Assembly (NCBI GenBank): GCA_002011125.2
Contig: MTMF02000009.1
Coordinates: 904,989 to 968,988 of the forward strand
Source of the DNA: Candidatus Hydrothermarchaeum profundi
GTDB lineage: Archaea; Hydrothermarchaeota; Hydrothermarchaeia; Hydrothermarchaeales; Hydrothermarchaeaceae
Length of the DNA: 64,000 nt
Direction of reading: 5' to 3'
Each line of letters begins with the position of its first letter. Position 1 is the first letter of the stretch. A program made the position numbers and the translations under genes. Below are positions 20,401 to 29,200 of the stretch, one piece after another. Under the pieces are notes generated by a model. The model worked only from the letters and a program-made list of their open reading frames with translations. It did no database searches and was not told the origin of the DNA.

Positions 20401-23247
20401 TGCTTAGAGTGCCACTCAGATCGGCAGCAACACGCCTCTTATGATCTTCCTGAGGTAGCAGATTCAAATAACCTTAACTGTACAGATTGCCATGCAAACT
20501 GGCAAAGCAGCGAGAAGCAGATTCATGGAATCAACAATAGTTACTTACAACAAGATCTTGCTTCATACGGAGCCAATACGACTGCGGTAAATTGCACTTC
20601 ATGTCACACTAATTCTACAGCAGTGATTAATGGCACTTCAGCTCCCTATATAGGAAGTAGCCTGAGACACAGCAATAATGAGTCTGCTGGGCAGCTTTGG
20701 GGTGACTACTGGAATGATACAGACTCTGTGTTGAGTAATGACTCGTGCTATTATTGTCATGGAGATACCAAGCATAATGCTACTGCCCTTGGCTATGTAT
20801 CTATCCTCAACGTAGATAATAATTATGTAAATGGTTCTGTAAATGGTACTTCTCAATGGTGTCGTTCCTGTCATTATAATGATAGCACCTCTATTTATAA
20901 AGGAAATAACTTCTCGCCACGTCCTCCTGAGATAACAAACGACACAGGCGAATTCTACAACCGTAACCCAAGCGGCTATGAATTACACACAGGTTCTAGT
21001 TATCTCGGAAATGACTCCACTTGTTCCAACTGTCATAAGGCAAGTAGTGAAGATGATCCTGGTATGGACAGGTTTGTACACAATGTAAAAATTGGTGTAG
21101 CTGGAGGTCGAAACTGTACTTCGTGCCATTATCTAGGCAGTAGCAACGCTCCTAAACATTTGAATCTCTCTGCAATGAATATCTCAGATAACGCCCACTA
21201 CATGCTTAATAATCGCTCTGGTGATCCTGGAACTACTGATACATCAGGCTCTGACTGGAATAACCGCAGGTGCTGGGCATGCCACAGTAATGGCACTAAT
21301 CCTGCAGACAGTCATAACAAAACCAAGTATAAGTCACCATGGACATGCCCTGACTGCCATCTCTCGAGTGGAGCAATGAACAGCGTATTCAACTGGAGCG
21401 CTGCAGGTCTAAGCAATGTCTCAGAGCATTATAGGAGCGGATCAGATATTCAAGCAACAGCGTTTGAGGCATCAGACCTAGAATCCTGTCTAAATTGCCA
21501 TGAGTATCGCGATGATATATCGCAGCCCATGTCAGAGATGCTTATACCAAATGTTAATGACCCAGATTACGGTAGCTTTACTGGAGATGGTGTAAGACCA
21601 AGTGAGACTGGTGGGAATTACAGTTTCTATCACTACGGAAAGAAAAGGTTTAAGAGTGGAGACGGGCTTTATACGGCGGGCGGATACACTAACTGCTCAT
21701 ATTGTCATCAGAATTCCTCAACAGGCTTCGATTTCACAGATACCAAAAGTTATCTGAAGAGTATAGAACAACATACTACACGACAACAAATCAATTGCAC
21801 TAATTCAACCTGCCACAACTCGGGCAGAATTCATGACTCCACATTGCAAAAGCCGACTTTAAGTATATCTAATGATACGATCTGCGTTACTTGTCATGGT
21901 AGTAGAGAGAGGCATGCTGGAAGCGTTAATTGCACTCAATGCCACACAAACACCTCAAAGGATATAGATATTCATCCAATCAAATATCTACTGCAAAACA
22001 ACACTTTCTCAACTTCAAACTCCTCTGCCGTTAATTGCACCACTTGCCATACAACATCAGCTATAACCGGAACTAACAATTTAGATCCACCGAGAGTACC
22101 TCAGTTAAACCATTCTAACGGCTCAAAATGGAGTTCCACCCCGTATTGGAATGACAGTGCCGGAAGCATGCAAAACTCATCCTGTTATTACTGTCACGGA
22201 GACACAAAACACAACTCTACCGCCCTTGGAAAAAGCTCAGGAGCCCAACAGGCTTGGGACTATATAAATGGTACCATAAATACCACTTCAACATGGTGCC
22301 AGGACTGCCACTATAATGGCAGCTCGAATTATATCGGCAGCTTGTTCTCTCCAGCTCCGCCGGAAATAACTAACGCCACTGGGCTCCTGGGCTCTGTCTC
22401 CGGATACTTTAACCATAGCTTGGGAAGCTATAATGACTCAGCCTGCTTCTCTTGCCATGGAAATAATACGTTAGGGGATAAGTTGGATGAATTCATGCAT
22501 AATATCTCTATTGGTAAGGCCTCAGGAAGCAATCCGAAAAATTGCACCTCATGTCATGCTTTACCCGAAGAAGGAGGAAGCGGAGCTGCTCCAAAAACGA
22601 TTAACAGAACCGCTTTTAACTCCACATATTCGATACATAGGCTATTAAATAGGACTGAAAGTGGAGATGAAAATACACCATGTTGGGCATGCCATGGTAA
22701 TGGCACGGCACCGTCGAGTGATATGAATCATTCTACATGGCCCAATCTGAAGAATCCTAAAGCATGTCCAGCGTGTCACGATCAGGGTAACTTTTCAGCG
22801 CCAGTTGTCTATAAGCATTCTCCAACCAGTTCGGCCGTTACTACAACTGCGGAATGCGAGTCCTGCCATAACAATAGCATGATCACCAATACTGGAGACA
22901 CAGCTACCAACTGGACTGCATTAGTTTCTCATTATGGCACTAACCAAAGTCTTAAGCCTGGAGGAACCTATAATACTACTAAGTGCATTAACTGCCATAA
23001 GAAGACTCTTGCCGAGGATCCTGTAGACGGATGCGCAGAAGCATCTAGTGCAACTGAGAGAGCAAAGTGGGGTAACCCGCCGATCGTTACCATGGGTCAG
23101 TGCGATGAGACACTTTGCTGGACATGCCATATGAGTGCAAACGAGAACAAAAAACCTGGAGAAAGTATCGAGACTCCAGATAATTTCCATAGCGCAACTA
23201 TAGTTGACATGATGTGGAACTGTCAGAGATGTCATGTAATAGACTAA
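11473..23247 (+). CDS. Giant secreted multiheme cytochrome c (3924 aa) with a central non-heme insert
   Basis: Signal peptide; 67 CxxCH (hand count) plus 6 CX4CH, 2 CX6CH, CX9CH and CX17CH; repeating 12-heme module; dense NxS/T sequons; no C-terminal TM. Confidence 0.93.
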   Translation: MKGCSSTRLCIAVLVGILALLVLSPTATASVATSGRYNLSRPTNLEIEPNPTPSCSQGNGVSATCHLLNATFPASKAGTARDGSITSTWDHKTWFNLGDGATRGDTSIAHPGAERGPASMFPLWVHQQHGLGNWPTWNLNPNYPVNYTVDPNWINSSLYSASAAPGKRDQDVGDNIGNDQGNRRFPAQAENNVGPYWGKKIKGDSIIMSGEDPNQILALAFIAYPTADKDRTPAGLPSCTYGSQGNSYENTTDTVGCHGIYEPYKAKADNYRSDEPACTKCHTTITSGAVTSTNSKHGSATNAQFCRDCHKNASQSPTADKLADNTVTGTTGFIPMVRECWECHSGTKLGASGVNTTFAHSGKDCRYCHGHGHNITRQLNWNTTCGNNDDICHGSGSTKPQTTLVTHNKTGSSTPSPTCFNCHGSSTAHNITIPGCNKCHNSTSTWGAARINGTGAIPAWDSSNAIYHGGADKKCSDCHQSSPHSRPVKRESCGIDNSSCHGSGATKVITQTHSNLSCTDCHNNNTIKSYSGNLQTINTNFHATERSTSGANMTPFNISSPIQKSDCTKCHDNSSYIDPSLSCDSCHTDTSQGKFTVHSSDMEVASREQGKLGDGRHDAGGPNCTQCHWTGSNENRPDVNITVFNQSIHRWINNASEPGIDENESINRACRGCHVTNGEASHHNRYTYCWDCHNGTAMYSNVSNAPAVREHYNNASELNISLLSGDINSSCVTCHNKTEMLLDFWENATTTKGRNTSFYNVSHYGKKRTDLRYIENGKNVTYCIYCHQNSSTAFSDVMQNTEHISMSNHSPRMGAPTCSNETCHNQGRIHDVSLTKPQFNATLCRTCHTDRYNHSGSKPTGGVNCTECHTNTSKGGWDIHGINGTYLQNTGNTYGPNTTAVNCSTCHQTDTPPSLINTPPRIPSPLNHSNNESAGQLWGDYWNDTDSVLSNDSCYYCHGDTKHNATGLGNVSIITGTVNGSINSTSQWCRSCHYNDSTSIYKGNNFSPRPPEITNDTGEFYNKAPSKYYNHSFTDTYNDTKCDDCHAPSPTPTNITAFMHNVQIGVAGGRNCTNCHDIGGSAPKHINVSAFNRSIHANLNNNTDPGSGIPNVTTACWACHGDGTDPGNSHPSNYKNPYTCSDCHVQGGANYGKYPNAKNVSEHYNNGADVNVSKLTGDVDSSCAYCHYGKSEMLLSASEINDPDTVSWSIYSGYNGGNNSASHYGKKRFVSGDGLYTAGGYTNCSYCHQNTATNFADAMENLNNINLYNHTNRTGGPYCTNSTCHGSGRIHDAILTKPYLNSTHQSGGMYNSTLCISCHANRRVHADAGDINANTLECASCHANPTAYSASGGGAGYFSISYDRVVMRDTDGSYSGNGSPSEAMVGDPASAKISSNIEPTVKTGGLLDKIGKWFSSGINSAKALLDNIEKELFKPSIEIVNPESRPRLGGEWEVYFKTKGSGVLEIRDHSFPEEVGFIALLYKKIGDQWIPVPIEISGDLIRAQWNHGEGKAIFKPLTTGKHTVELKFGNYAYAYNYVEPEVNFDRRLEGLKTGQHKVPPTTEIEITITATVSSTVENAILRDYVPKDFTIIKTYGGTIKEYNSEYNVIEWEVGTVNKSISKKYTVYSPERTIPPTKYYFYSELSHDGGSRTSDKWRVTVADPNTLIIRPNADGTLNDWSIGGTSPPANRWEAVDETTQNDDTDYVYATSQNLDQFFNLQDHTTETGTIDNVTVYIYAKQTTGNEYLQVCIWDNTYCQNTPTISTSYTLYSYSWTTDPSDSLAWTWSDIDALEAGVRSKNSGGWGGEIRVTQLYVEISYTPAAADNPPTWRNQMQNVSTINVSGAVNLSAQGNDDNGLWQAYLETNESGGTWANITDGTYGSPITLNNVTSWTWTNFTWSNSSIGPGTSIGWRIWYKDNATTPQWNVTDIMTFDVVDEVPPVITSKSINESGSVTVDTYVCINTTVTDNWQLDKVWSVLTYPNGTTENVSLANTGVPCASGDTYGAEVNVGSTQGTFYFNASYANDTSGNIGSNTTVQSLTVTSVDNTPPYNISFIPPTPDNATTLPSTQNWTTINVTVEDASSSIDTCLLEWNGTNESMTIDGSGLSVYCWSNKTDLSNGVYGYRVYANDSSGNINVSEYREVTIAYTPTYKQIYRYYVKFDISSIPQGATVNAANLTVNVTRAASGAIGVVNRTTGDYDSTSGNDTVWADSSGTKSSGGTFDASTTGLKNITITEAVQAAVNEGEGFVAFVITELNEDADQNFTIAGSQSGWPKLYINYSTNPQKQIHGIRYIRKDGTYSTPYDSSNVANCTSCHQGNIASVNGTSTPQIPSSITHSNGSKWNTSPGYWDATNNLSACLYCHGNTTHNDTALGNASQGLVDTNYVNGSINTTSYWCSGCHREDYANYYGDTLYPIPPTINASGNYYPSSGSPIDHTGFIASDSSDSKCFECHKGSLTGDPKIDVFLHKVSEGRAGGENCTTCHDLGGSAPSLLNISAFREGVHAGLNNYSSDLGPNSGSSADTINYACWACHGNGSSPGSQHPSNYKSPYNCTSCHLESGSRAGVFYGARNVTEHFKEGEDIQAATSYPNNITSCLSCHNKSEMILYNGNVGDPDFGGFSDTDGDGVVGGNYSFYHYGKNRTSDLVVNGYTNCSYCHQDASDSFGAPDVTEHTEVGVNVSVTKTCVNSDCHNSGRIHDATLKIRTDIAPWTSGANDRCAPCHNSTGPGSSIVIYNHTSSVSGITDCSYCHDSNAKGSGGSYLILHNSSLQQPYDSSSYQCSNCHQNAEDDYNARDIYAHSNSSSSTLNVNGSDCGRCHKTDYSAFTAGDNLHNSTLIKPSETQCTECHQSASDSVSAVDVYEHTTAAAANGRDINISRECTDSGCHWNGTGSTPTMLHNDTLEVKTIYEFNPSNSDVDRCAPCHNSSSSWSTINVTDHTPRATGPSCVNSTCHSGQKLHTDSIKKPATMFNDSLCLECHSDRQQHASYDLPEVADSNNLNCTDCHANWQSSEKQIHGINNSYLQQDLASYGANTTAVNCTSCHTNSTAVINGTSAPYIGSSLRHSNNESAGQLWGDYWNDTDSVLSNDSCYYCHGDTKHNATALGYVSILNVDNNYVNGSVNGTSQWCRSCHYNDSTSIYKGNNFSPRPPEITNDTGEFYNRNPSGYELHTGSSYLGNDSTCSNCHKASSEDDPGMDRFVHNVKIGVAGGRNCTSCHYLGSSNAPKHLNLSAMNISDNAHYMLNNRSGDPGTTDTSGSDWNNRRCWACHSNGTNPADSHNKTKYKSPWTCPDCHLSSGAMNSVFNWSAAGLSNVSEHYRSGSDIQATAFEASDLESCLNCHEYRDDISQPMSEMLIPNVNDPDYGSFTGDGVRPSETGGNYSFYHYGKKRFKSGDGLYTAGGYTNCSYCHQNSSTGFDFTDTKSYLKSIEQHTTRQQINCTNSTCHNSGRIHDSTLQKPTLSISNDTICVTCHGSRERHAGSVNCTQCHTNTSKDIDIHPIKYLLQNNTFSTSNSSAVNCTTCHTTSAITGTNNLDPPRVPQLNHSNGSKWSSTPYWNDSAGSMQNSSCYYCHGDTKHNSTALGKSSGAQQAWDYINGTINTTSTWCQDCHYNGSSNYIGSLFSPAPPEITNATGLLGSVSGYFNHSLGSYNDSACFSCHGNNTLGDKLDEFMHNISIGKASGSNPKNCTSCHALPEEGGSGAAPKTINRTAFNSTYSIHRLLNRTESGDENTPCWACHGNGTAPSSDMNHSTWPNLKNPKACPACHDQGNFSAPVVYKHSPTSSAVTTTAECESCHNNSMITNTGDTATNWTALVSHYGTNQSLKPGGTYNTTKCINCHKKTLAEDPVDGCAEASSATERAKWGNPPIVTMGQCDETLCWTCHMSANENKKPGESIETPDNFHSATIVDMMWNCQRCHVID
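14260..14537 (+). repeat. Near-identical patches shared with 20674-20960 (intragenic)
   Basis: 14260-14366 matches 20674-20780 (1 mismatch seen); 14434-14537 approximately matches 20857-20960. Confidence 0.85.
15166..15218 (+). repeat. 53-bp identical patch shared with 21658-21710
   Basis: GGAGACGGGCTTTATACGGCGGGCGGATACACTAACTGCTCATATTGTCATCA at both sites. Confidence 0.85.
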
Positions 23248-26200
23248 AAGCTATAAAATATCTCATAGCGATAATCTGCTTAATCTATCTTTACCCCAGT
23301 GTATATGCTTTAGGAAACCAGACGGGATGGCCTTATTATGTGGGGAATAGTCTTAGTTCTCCGATAATAGTAAATCTTGATGGCAATTTGTCTACTGGCC
23401 TTGAGATAGTACTCTCAAGAGGCCCAGGAATCCACCAGGGCAGAGGGAGGGTATATGCTTTCTACTATACCAACGAGACTTTATTCCCCTCCGGCTATCT
23501 TGAGGTATCTACCGATGGAGAAAGTATCGGTCCACCAGCAGTAGGAGACTTAATGGGCGATGGTAAACTATCTGTTGTTGTGGGTTCCAGCTTAGGAAAA
23601 ATCTATGCATGGTATTACAATGGTTCTGGAGTTTTAAATCAAAGCGGGCTTTTCACTGTCACTGGTAACAATATTCAGTCCTCTCCTGTTTTAGTAGACT
23701 TAGATAGTAATATTTCTAATGGGCTCGAAATACTTGTAGGTCTAGAAAATGGCAGTTTACAGGCTTGGTATAGTAATGGAAGCCTAATGTGGTCTAAATC
23801 TGTCGGTGGAGCTATATACTCAATTTCGGTTGCTGATTTAGATGGCGATAGTGCGATAGAAATAGTTGCAGGTTCTGGTGATAGTAAAGTTTATGCATTA
23901 CATTGGGATGGAGCCCCTGTTAGTGGATGGCCTGTTGATACGGGCGGGCCCGTGGTAGCATCCCCTGCTACCTGCGACCTAGATAGAGACGGCTATCCAG
24001 AGATAATAACGGGCTCAGAGGACTTTAAAGTATATGCATGGCGGCATGATGGAACTGCTCTAGCAGGTTGGCCTGTTACAACATATAATTATGTAGAGTC
24101 TTCTCCCTCTTGCGGTGATTTGAATGGGGATGGATACTTAGAGGTAGTTGTAGGTAGTAGAGACCACAGTGTATATGTCTGGAATTATAATGGTACCTTA
24201 TTAGATGGCTGGCCAAAATCGACCGAAGGTAATGTGGATTCATCCCCTGCTCTAGGTGACGTGGATGGTGACGGAAGTGTGGATGTAGTAGTAGGTTCAT
24301 CTGACGGTAAAGTGTATGCCTGGAGTTTTAATGGGTCTAATATTGAAGGTTGGCCGATTCAGGTTGATAGTCAAGTTGGATCATCTCCTGCGATAGGGGA
24401 TACAGACTTGGATAATAAAACGGAAGTCATTGTTACCACTCAGGGGGCTTGGATATATGTTTGGGAGACAGGAGTTTATAATAAGTCAAAGGTTCTCTGG
24501 CCAATGTTTCGGCAAAACCCAGCGCAGACAGCTTCAGTCCATCCTATTGTTAAAATAATCTCTCCTCAGGTTATTGGATGGTTTGGGGCATATGAGGACT
24601 CCCTTTTTTCCCTCAATCTTTCCAGTATTACTTTCCCCTATCACAGTGCTGTAACTTTTAATGGTTCTGCTTTTTATCCGAATGGAGAAATTTTAGCTTA
24701 TCACTGGAGTTCCGATATTAATGGAAGCATAGGAAACTCTTCAGACTTTATAATTGAAACCTTAAAAAGAGGATATCATAGAATTACTTTAACGATATCT
24801 ACTGACGATGGCTCATCAGGAAGTGCTACTGGAGACCTGTTTATTTACAATGGCCAGGTGAACTTCTCTGATAACACCTCCCTCTTTGAAATAAACTCTT
24901 CTACAGGGTACATCAGCTTTATTCCAGATAACTGGCAAGTAGGAGACTATGGGATAAATATAACAGTTAGTGATAGCGAAGGTGTTCTAGGATCTAAGAC
25001 ATTTTACCTGACAATTTTTAACACCAATGATCCACCACTAATTAATACCACTTCTCCCCAGACAATAGTTAATGAAGACACCATTTGGAGTTATGATTTC
25101 AATGCCACAGATGATGATGTAGATGCAGGTTATGGGGATACCCTTACATGGTATGTAAACAACACAAAAATCAGCATAGACCCTTCCACTGGATTTGCTA
25201 CATGGATACCAGGTAATAGCGAGGTAGGATATACCACTATAAACATAACAGTTGAAGATAGTGAAGGCGAAAGCGATACCCTCATATTCGATGTCTACGT
25301 GAATAACACTAATGATCCCCCAGTATTAGAGCATATTGGACCCCAAACTGCAATTACTAACCACACTTTTTATCTGAAAATTAATGCGTCCGATATAGAT
25401 AAAGGAGACAATGATACCTTAATATTTTCGGATGATACTCCTCTGTTCGACATTAACTCTACCACAGGAGAAATAAACTTCACTCCCACGTTATCTCAGG
25501 CAGGAAATACCTATTTCGTGAACATCTCGGTCAGAGATAGCAGTGGGGCAGTAGATTATGAGATAGTCCAGTTTTTCATAGATTATGAAATAAAAGAGCT
25601 TGATGTATCATGCTCACTAAATAAGGAGAATTACTATGTCAATGAAAATGTAACTCTAGAATGTACGGTTACTAATTACTATGGGCAAAACGCAACTGCC
25701 GACATAGTACAGGCTATAATAACCACTCCTTGTGGAGAAGTTTGGAAAAATCTTACTAGAGTCGGTGACAACATCTATAAAGCCATAATAGACGATTCTT
25801 TCATCCAAGGAAACTACACCCTAACTATATACGCAAATAAGTCGAACTATACCTCAGGTGAAGCGACGTTAAGCTTTGAGGCACTCCCGCCGGCTACATG
25901 GCACTATTATAAGAACGTAACTGTAAATTCAGGTACGAGTGAAAGGGAGAATGCACCCATTAAGCTGGAATTAAACTTTACTTATGAAATATCTAGTGTA
26001 GGTGGCTCTGGGACGTTCGACAATAACTCCATAAGGATATATGAGGTAGACTCACAAGGAAATGAAGTAGCAGAAGTAGAGTATTTATTTGAAAAGTCTA
26101 CAGGGGAACCTGGGGCAACTAATATAGCGTTAGGTAAAACGGCAACCGCTAGCTCTAGCTATGGGGGAGGCTATGAGCCTTGGAGAGCTGTTGATGGAAA

Positions 26201-29200
26201 TAAAAATACTATGTGGGGAACTGACTGTGGAAGCTGTGGCTGTGAAAACTGGCTAAAAATAGATTTAGGTGAAAAGAGAGATTTGTCTAGCGTAAAAATC
26301 ATAGGATGGGAGGGATATTCTCATCCTAAGGACTATACTATACAAGTTAGTGAGGATGATATCACATATACAACAGTGATTACCGTTGTAGGAAGCTCAA
26401 CTTATTCATCAACACATCAATTTCCGCCTGGCGTGTCTGGTAGGTGGGTCAAAATAAGTATAACTGATAATGGGGGCGCATATGGGTGGTGCTCGGAAAC
26501 CTACGTAGAGGAGCTTGAAGTATATCCTCTTATTAACGCCTATAATGCCTCTACAAATGCGATAGGAAATCTCACATGGATATTAAAAAATATAACTCCA
26601 CCAAACTCTGATAGATTCTACCAAATACGTTTTGATACTATTGAAAATGGCGAGAAAAAGGCCCCTGGCTACCAAGTTAATTATAGTGGATTGCAACCGG
26701 CAGAGGGCTTGAATATTTATGAGTATTCAACATATTTCAACCAGCCTCCTATTGCGTTAATAGAAGCCAATAACTCCACTCTTAGAAATAGGCCATTAAC
26801 CCTAAATGGATCTGGCTCTTATGATCCGGAAGGAGATGAGCTACAGTATATTTGGAATTTAGGCGACTGTAGCAGAGGGTTAGGAGAGTATATAGTACAT
26901 ACTTTCACAGCTAACACATCTTCTGATCTTGGTGTTAAAAATGTAACTCTATCTGTCTATGATAAAGAGGGAGGGGCAGGTATAGGCTCCTTTTTAGTTG
27001 AAGTTAGTAACGAGCCTCCAACGTTATATTTAGGCAACATGACCTTTATAGAAGACAACTTTTCTGTATTCTATGTAAATGCGAGTGATATAGACCAGCT
27101 TAGCTTCAGCGCTACTATAATCCCAAACCTCACAAAATTTAATATCAATGCTACTGGCGCTATATCCTTCACGCCAGACAATTGGGATGTGGGGAATTAT
27201 ACTGTTAACGTTTCAGTATCGGATGGCCTAGTAACGGTCTCGGATACAGCTAGCTTAGAAATAGTAAACGTAAATGATCCCCCTGCGCTCGAGGAGATTG
27301 GAAAGCTAAATGCAACTCAAGATGAACCTTTTTACTATGATGTGAATGCGTCAGACGATGATATCATACATGGTGATGTACTATCCTTCTATGATAATAC
27401 TACTCTTTTTGATATTAATGAATCAACAGGAGTAATATCATTCACACCCAATAATAGTGATGTGGGGATATATTCAATAAATATCTCAGTTACAGATGGC
27501 GAAGAATGGGATTTCGAAGAGATACTATTTAGAGTTGCAAACATCAATGATCCTCCTAACATAACTCAGCATTATCCACAATATAATCCAACTATCAATG
27601 AAACCCAGAATTTCACTTTTAATGTAACGGCAATAGATCCTGATGGAGACCCCTTATTCTATACCTGGTACCTAGATGGCTCGAAGGTCGCTGATGCATC
27701 CGGAAGCTCTTGGACATATCAATCCGATTACAATAGTAGTGGCGTACATGAGGTAAAGGCAATTGTAGATGACATTTCACTGGCAGCACATGTTTCCTGG
27801 AATATTACGGTTTTAAATGTGAACCGTCCCCCAATTATCACGATCCTTTCTCCTACGAATCATTCTTATTACATTGAGAGTCAGAAAATAGAAATAGTGT
27901 CTTCAGCCCAAGACCCTGATGGAGACCAGTTGAATTATAGTATAATGCTAGACGGGGTTGAGATTTCAAATGACTCAAACTATAGCTATACTTGGAGCTA
28001 TGAAAGTGCCGGAAACCATACTATAAATATAACAGTCACAGACAGTAATGGAGCTTCTGCTAGCGAGAGTATTGTGGTTTTTGTAACCGAACCGGACATT
28101 TCTTTGAATTCTTCAGAGGTATACTTCTCTGATTCTCTCGTAGATGGACGTAGAGTATTGATAACAGCCACCGTAAGCAACTTGGGAAATGCAAGTACTT
28201 CTCAACTCTACCTCTTCTTCTATGATGGAAACATCACTAGTGGAGGGTATATCGGTAAGCAGGTTTTCACTCTTCAGCCATATTCAGTAACCAATGTATC
28301 TGTATATTGGACCCCAAGCTATGGAAACCATACCATCACTCTCTATGCCGATCCAAACCAAGTGGCGCCCAATTACGAAACAAGTAGTGAGAACAATCTT
28401 GCTACAAAGGAGGTGTATGTTAAAGCTAAGCCTGACCTTGCAATATACCCGGAGAACATAATTATTAAAGATTCTAATCTCGTGGAGGGGGATAATATAA
28501 GCATAGAGGCAACCATAATAAATGAAAACGAGACTGATGTCAGCTCTTTCATCGCCGAGTTAAGAGTAGATAACATAGTTAAAGCTACAAAAGAGTTATC
28601 TGTATCTGGAAATTCAAATACTACAACAAGCTTCAGTTGGATTGTTCTAGAGGGAGAACAAGAAATATCAATAGTCATAGATCCAGAAGATGTAATTGAT
28701 GAGGGGAATGAATCAAACAATCAAGCATCTGTTAAAATCACAGGAACGAGGGGATCAATAGACTTAACACCGCCTGTTATAAGAGTTTTTAATCCTTCTA
28801 ATGGCTCAAGTATTAATATCTTTAACAACACGGTAAAGGGAGAAGTTAGCGATAGAAGCGGAATTGATAATATAACCCTCAAACTCAATGGGGATATGGT
28901 AGATTCTTGGAACACGCCAGGCACTTTCCTTGAGAAGGTAAGCTATTCCCTAGGAAAAAACATTATAGAAATAATTGCAACCGACGCTTTAGGCCACTCA
29001 TCTACAAAGGAGGTAGAAGTTGAAGTACTGGCGCCGTATGCGAGTTTTCTAAAAAATGCTAGTGAAAAGGAATTCCTCGAAGTGGATGTTAGAAACCTCA
29101 CGAGTACTCTAATAGAGTTTATGCCGGAGACTGATTCCCTATTAAATATAACAATAGAAGCTGGAAGAGAGCCTTCGGACCTCTCAGCAAGACCGATGAC

